From positions 1 to 35,486 of the forward strand of contig JAUVTH010000001.1 in the NCBI GenBank assembly GCA_030601615.1: a stretch of 35,486 nt of DNA. The letters are read 5' to 3'. This document shows, one piece after another, positions 32,889 to 35,486 of this stretch (positions are counted from its first letter, which is position 1; each line of letters opens with the position of its first letter). Source of the DNA: Gemmatimonadota bacterium (GTDB lineage Bacteria; Gemmatimonadota; Gemmatimonadetes; Palauibacterales; Palauibacteraceae). The notes below the pieces were generated by a model. It did not search any database, had not been told where the DNA came from, and saw nothing but the letters and a program-made list of their open reading frames with translations. Position numbers and translations under genes: made by a program.

Positions 32889-34466
32889 ATGAGCGACGCA
32901 ACGAACTACGTCACGCTGACCATCGACGCAGTCGAGGTTAAGGTGGAGGCCGGCACTACGGTCCTGCAGGCGGCAGAGCATGCGGGCATCGTCGTGCCGC
33001 ACTACTGCTACCACCCCGGAATCCCGAGCCGGCCGGCTCAGTGCCGCATGTGTCTCGTGGAGATCGAGGGCCAGCCCAAGCTGCAGCCGTCGTGCGTCTT
33101 TCCTGCGCAGGACGGCATGGTCGTGTACACGACGAGCGAGACGGCGGAAACGGCCAGGAAGTCAGTCATCGAATTCCTGCTGCTGAACCACCCGCTCGAC
33201 TGCCCGATCTGTGACGCCGCGGGTCAGTGCATGTTGCAGGACTACGCTTTCGAGACGGGCCAGCTGCGCAGCCGTTACGCTGAAGCCAAGCTAGTGCTCG
33301 GACGCGATCGCGTGGCGGACGACATCCTGTACTTCGGTGACAGATGCATCGTGTGCACCCGGTGCGTGCGGTTCATGGAAGAACTGGCCGGGGACAACGC
33401 GCTCGTCGTGGCTCAGCGCGGACACAAGGCCTACATCGACACGTTCCCCGGCAAGGACCTGGATAACGCCTTCCGCGGCAACATCGTGGACGTGTGCCCG
33501 GTCGGTGCACTGGTTCACGAGGATTTCGTGTTCAAGGCGCGGGCGTGGGACATGGACTCGTCGCCCGGAATCTGTCCCGGCTGCTCGACCGGCTGCAACA
33601 TCGACATCAACGTCAAGGAGAATCAGATCGTCCGGACGAAGCCCCGTCTGAACCCGGACGTGAACTCCTACTGGATGTGTGACCACGGCCGCCGACACCT
33701 GGTCATGGCGAACCGAGGAGTGCGGGCCGAGGCACCGCTCATCCGGGTGGACGGCGAGCTGGAGCCGGCGAGCTGGAACGAGGCGCTCACATGGATCGCC
33801 GGACGGCTCGAGGCGGGAGACGGCGCGGCGGTAGTGTCCGGGGGAGCGGCCAACGAGAGCCTGTTCTATATGCGGGGTCTGCTCAGCGAGCTGGGTATCG
33901 ACGGCGGCACGTTCCGTGTACTGCAGGGTGAAGAGATCACTCTCCCGGGATTCCCGAAACTCAAGCTCCGGGCTGACCGGGCACCGAACGTGACAGGCGC
34001 GGAGCTGCATGGATTCAAGCGCTCCGACGAGCTTGCGGATGTACCGGACGGCGGGGTGCTGATCGTGCTGGGCGATGCCCTTGCCGACGCTCCGGCCGAC
34101 TACGGAGCGAACGCCGGCTTCTTCCTGTGCGTGGGGTCGCACTTGTATCCGGCGATGGTCAACGCGACGGCGATCCTTCCCATGACCTCGGTGCTGGAGA
34201 TGGAGGGGACGTTCGTCAACTACGAAGGGCGAGTGCAGCGTTTCCACCAGGCCCTGAGAGCCCCGGGCGTGGCTCGTCCGGCGTGGATGTCGTTGAGTCG
34301 GCTGCTCGAGCACCGGGGGGTGGGCGAGGGCGTCCTCGATGCGAGAGCTGCGTTCCAGACGATGGCCGCGGGCACGACAGGGATGGATAATCTCTCGTGG
34401 AGCGGACTCGGCCTCAGGGGTGAACTTCTCAGCGAGGCCGGGCAGCCGGCCGTCGCTGTGGAATAG
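32889..34466 (+). CDS. nuoG: NADH-quinone oxidoreductase subunit G (short form, 525 aa)
   Basis: 2Fe-2S CYHP......CRMCLVEIEG.PKLQPSC, the His-Cys3 cluster HPLDCPICDAAGQCMLQD, and 4Fe-4S CIVCTRCVRF...CPVGAL. A further C-x2-C-x3-C-x27-C motif follows (CPGCSTGCN...CDHGR), and the molybdopterin-like C-terminal region is comparatively short. Confidence 0.92.
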   Translation: MSDATNYVTLTIDAVEVKVEAGTTVLQAAEHAGIVVPHYCYHPGIPSRPAQCRMCLVEIEGQPKLQPSCVFPAQDGMVVYTTSETAETARKSVIEFLLLNHPLDCPICDAAGQCMLQDYAFETGQLRSRYAEAKLVLGRDRVADDILYFGDRCIVCTRCVRFMEELAGDNALVVAQRGHKAYIDTFPGKDLDNAFRGNIVDVCPVGALVHEDFVFKARAWDMDSSPGICPGCSTGCNIDINVKENQIVRTKPRLNPDVNSYWMCDHGRRHLVMANRGVRAEAPLIRVDGELEPASWNEALTWIAGRLEAGDGAAVVSGGAANESLFYMRGLLSELGIDGGTFRVLQGEEITLPGFPKLKLRADRAPNVTGAELHGFKRSDELADVPDGGVLIVLGDALADAPADYGANAGFFLCVGSHLYPAMVNATAILPMTSVLEMEGTFVNYEGRVQRFHQALRAPGVARPAWMSLSRLLEHRGVGEGVLDARAAFQTMAAGTTGMDNLSWSGLGLRGELLSEAGQPAVAVE

Positions 34467-34474
34467 GGGGCAGA

Positions 34475-35486
34475 ATGGAGGCGGTCACCGGCACGGCCTT
34501 CGTCGTCGCCACGATCCTGAAGACCATCGTTTTCTTCATCATCCTTCTGCTTGGCGTCGCGCTGTCGACGTACATGGAGCGGAAGGTCGCCGGTTTCATG
34601 CAGGACAGGAGTGGTCCTAACCGAGTTGGTCCTCTGGGTCTTCTGCAGGTCATGGCCGATGGCCTCAAGTTCATCCTGAAGGAAGAGGTCACGCCGGGAG
34701 CGGCGCACAAGAAGTTCTTCATCCTCGCACCGGCCCTGGCCCTGTTTCCGGCCACGGTGCTGTTCGGAGTCATTCCGCTAGGGTCCCCGTTACCGACACG
34801 CTGGGGCCGTGTGGACATGATCGTGGCTGACGTACCGATCGGTTTCCTGTACGTATTGGCCATTTCTTCGCTGGCCGTGTACGGGGTGGTGATGGCCGGC
34901 TGGTCCTCGAACAGCAAGTACTCGTTTCTTGGTGGGTTGCGGGGCTCGGCGCAGATGATCAGTTACGAGATCGGCCTCGGGATGAGCCTGGTCCCGGTCT
35001 TGATGCTTGCGGGCAACGTAGAGATGCCGGTTCTCGTGTCGATGCAGCAGTCGTTTACCGCGGGACCGGAAACGTACGGAATGTGGTTCATTCTTCCGCT
35101 GATGGTGTCCGGGTTCTTCCTCCTGGTCTCGGGCCTTGCGGAAACGAACCGAGTTCCGTTCGATCTACCGGAAGCCGAAGCCGAGATCGTGGGTGGATAC
35201 CACACGGAATACTCATCCATGAAATTCGGTATGTTTTTTCTTGGCGAGTATTTCCACCTGATTACGACCGGGGCTTTGATTTCCGTGTTCTTCTTCGGAG
35301 GGTGGGACATTCCCTTCTGGCAGGGAGATCCCATCCGAGGGCTGGCCGATGGCACGGTGGTCGGGGATCCCACCTGGCGGAAGACTCTGCTGACGGTAGT
35401 GGCATTTACCTTGAAGCCGACGCAGTTCGTCGTGTTCTTCATGTTCATCCGGTGGACGATCCCCCGATTCCGCTACGACCAGTTGA
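34475..35486 (+). CDS. nuoH: NADH-quinone oxidoreductase subunit H, 3'-truncated at window edge
   Basis: This ORF is absent from the track because it has no stop inside the window. My translation from the ATG at 34475 (GGGGG upstream) reads MEAVTGTAFVVATILKTIVFF...YMERKVAGFMQDRSGPNRVGP.GLLQ..ADGLKF..KE...GWSSNSKYSFLGGLR..AQMISYEI...AETNR.PFDLPEAEAEIVGGYHTEYSSMKF..FFL.EY...RWT.PRFRYDQL. These are the canonical NuoH/ND1 motifs. Confidence 0.93.
   Translation, partial: MEAVTGTAFVVATILKTIVFFIILLLGVALSTYMERKVAGFMQDRSGPNRVGPLGLLQVMADGLKFILKEEVTPGAAHKKFFILAPALALFPATVLFGVIPLGSPLPTRWGRVDMIVADVPIGFLYVLAISSLAVYGVVMAGWSSNSKYSFLGGLRGSAQMISYEIGLGMSLVPVLMLAGNVEMPVLVSMQQSFTAGPETYGMWFILPLMVSGFFLLVSGLAETNRVPFDLPEAEAEIVGGYHTEYSSMKFGMFFLGEYFHLITTGALISVFFFGGWDIPFWQGDPIRGLADGTVVGDPTWRKTLLTVVAFTLKPTQFVVFFMFIRWTIPRFRYDQL

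Noticed and set aside
1-35486. Window-wide look for CRISPR arrays, tandem or interspersed repeats, transposase, integrase or phage genes, tRNA/rRNA genes, toxin-antitoxin pairs, defence genes and compositional islands
   Set aside because: None were found by eye. Every gap larger than 100 bp is a promoter or terminator spacer between housekeeping genes, and codon and GC character looks uniform. A computational repeat, tRNA and Rfam scan would be needed to exclude small elements formally.

Overview
GC-rich (third codon positions are mostly G/C), tightly packed core-genome segment from a Gram-negative-type bacterium. The lineage cannot be fixed from sequence alone. I support about 40 protein-coding genes and found no rRNA, tRNA, CRISPR array, transposase, integrase or obvious compositional island. 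Gene order is as follows. A 5'-truncated outer-membrane beta-barrel gene comes first. A long co-directional block follows: yicC-gmk-rpoZ-coaBC-udg-dnaB-radA-ispD-tsaC-LMW phosphatase-aroE-comF. Next is gap-pgk-tpiA-(terminator)-secG, then rnhA divergent from carA, then sppA and an IHF/HU-like gene. A class-I aminotransferase lies on the minus strand. After it come a small unknown ORF coupled to moaD-moaE-moaA, mdh, and a YqiJ/NfeD-like membrane protein with an unknown lipoprotein. An HD-GYP protein (minus), a DUF423 protein, and dcd plus an alpha/beta hydrolase (minus) follow. The window ends with the start of a complex I operon, nuoA-B-CD-E-F-G-H, with nuoH cut by the window end. Many long ORFs in the supplied track are antisense shadows or 5'-over-extended versions of real genes, and I re-set the starts where a conserved N-terminus and a 4-nt start/stop overlap made this clear. 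I do not see a convincing novel system such as a defence island, mobile element or unusual repeat architecture; this looks like an ordinary housekeeping region. Four leads seem most worth a second look. (1) The uncharacterised two-gene module at 23.0-24.7 kb and the adjacent atypical HD-GYP gene. (2) The nuo control region, with a sigma70-like promoter, a CRP/FNR-type palindrome and a 9-bp inverted repeat. (3) A promoter-like element feeding directly into a canonical terminator just upstream of secG. (4) A small unknown ORF translationally coupled to moaD. All family assignments come from motif recognition by eye and need HMM or BLAST confirmation.
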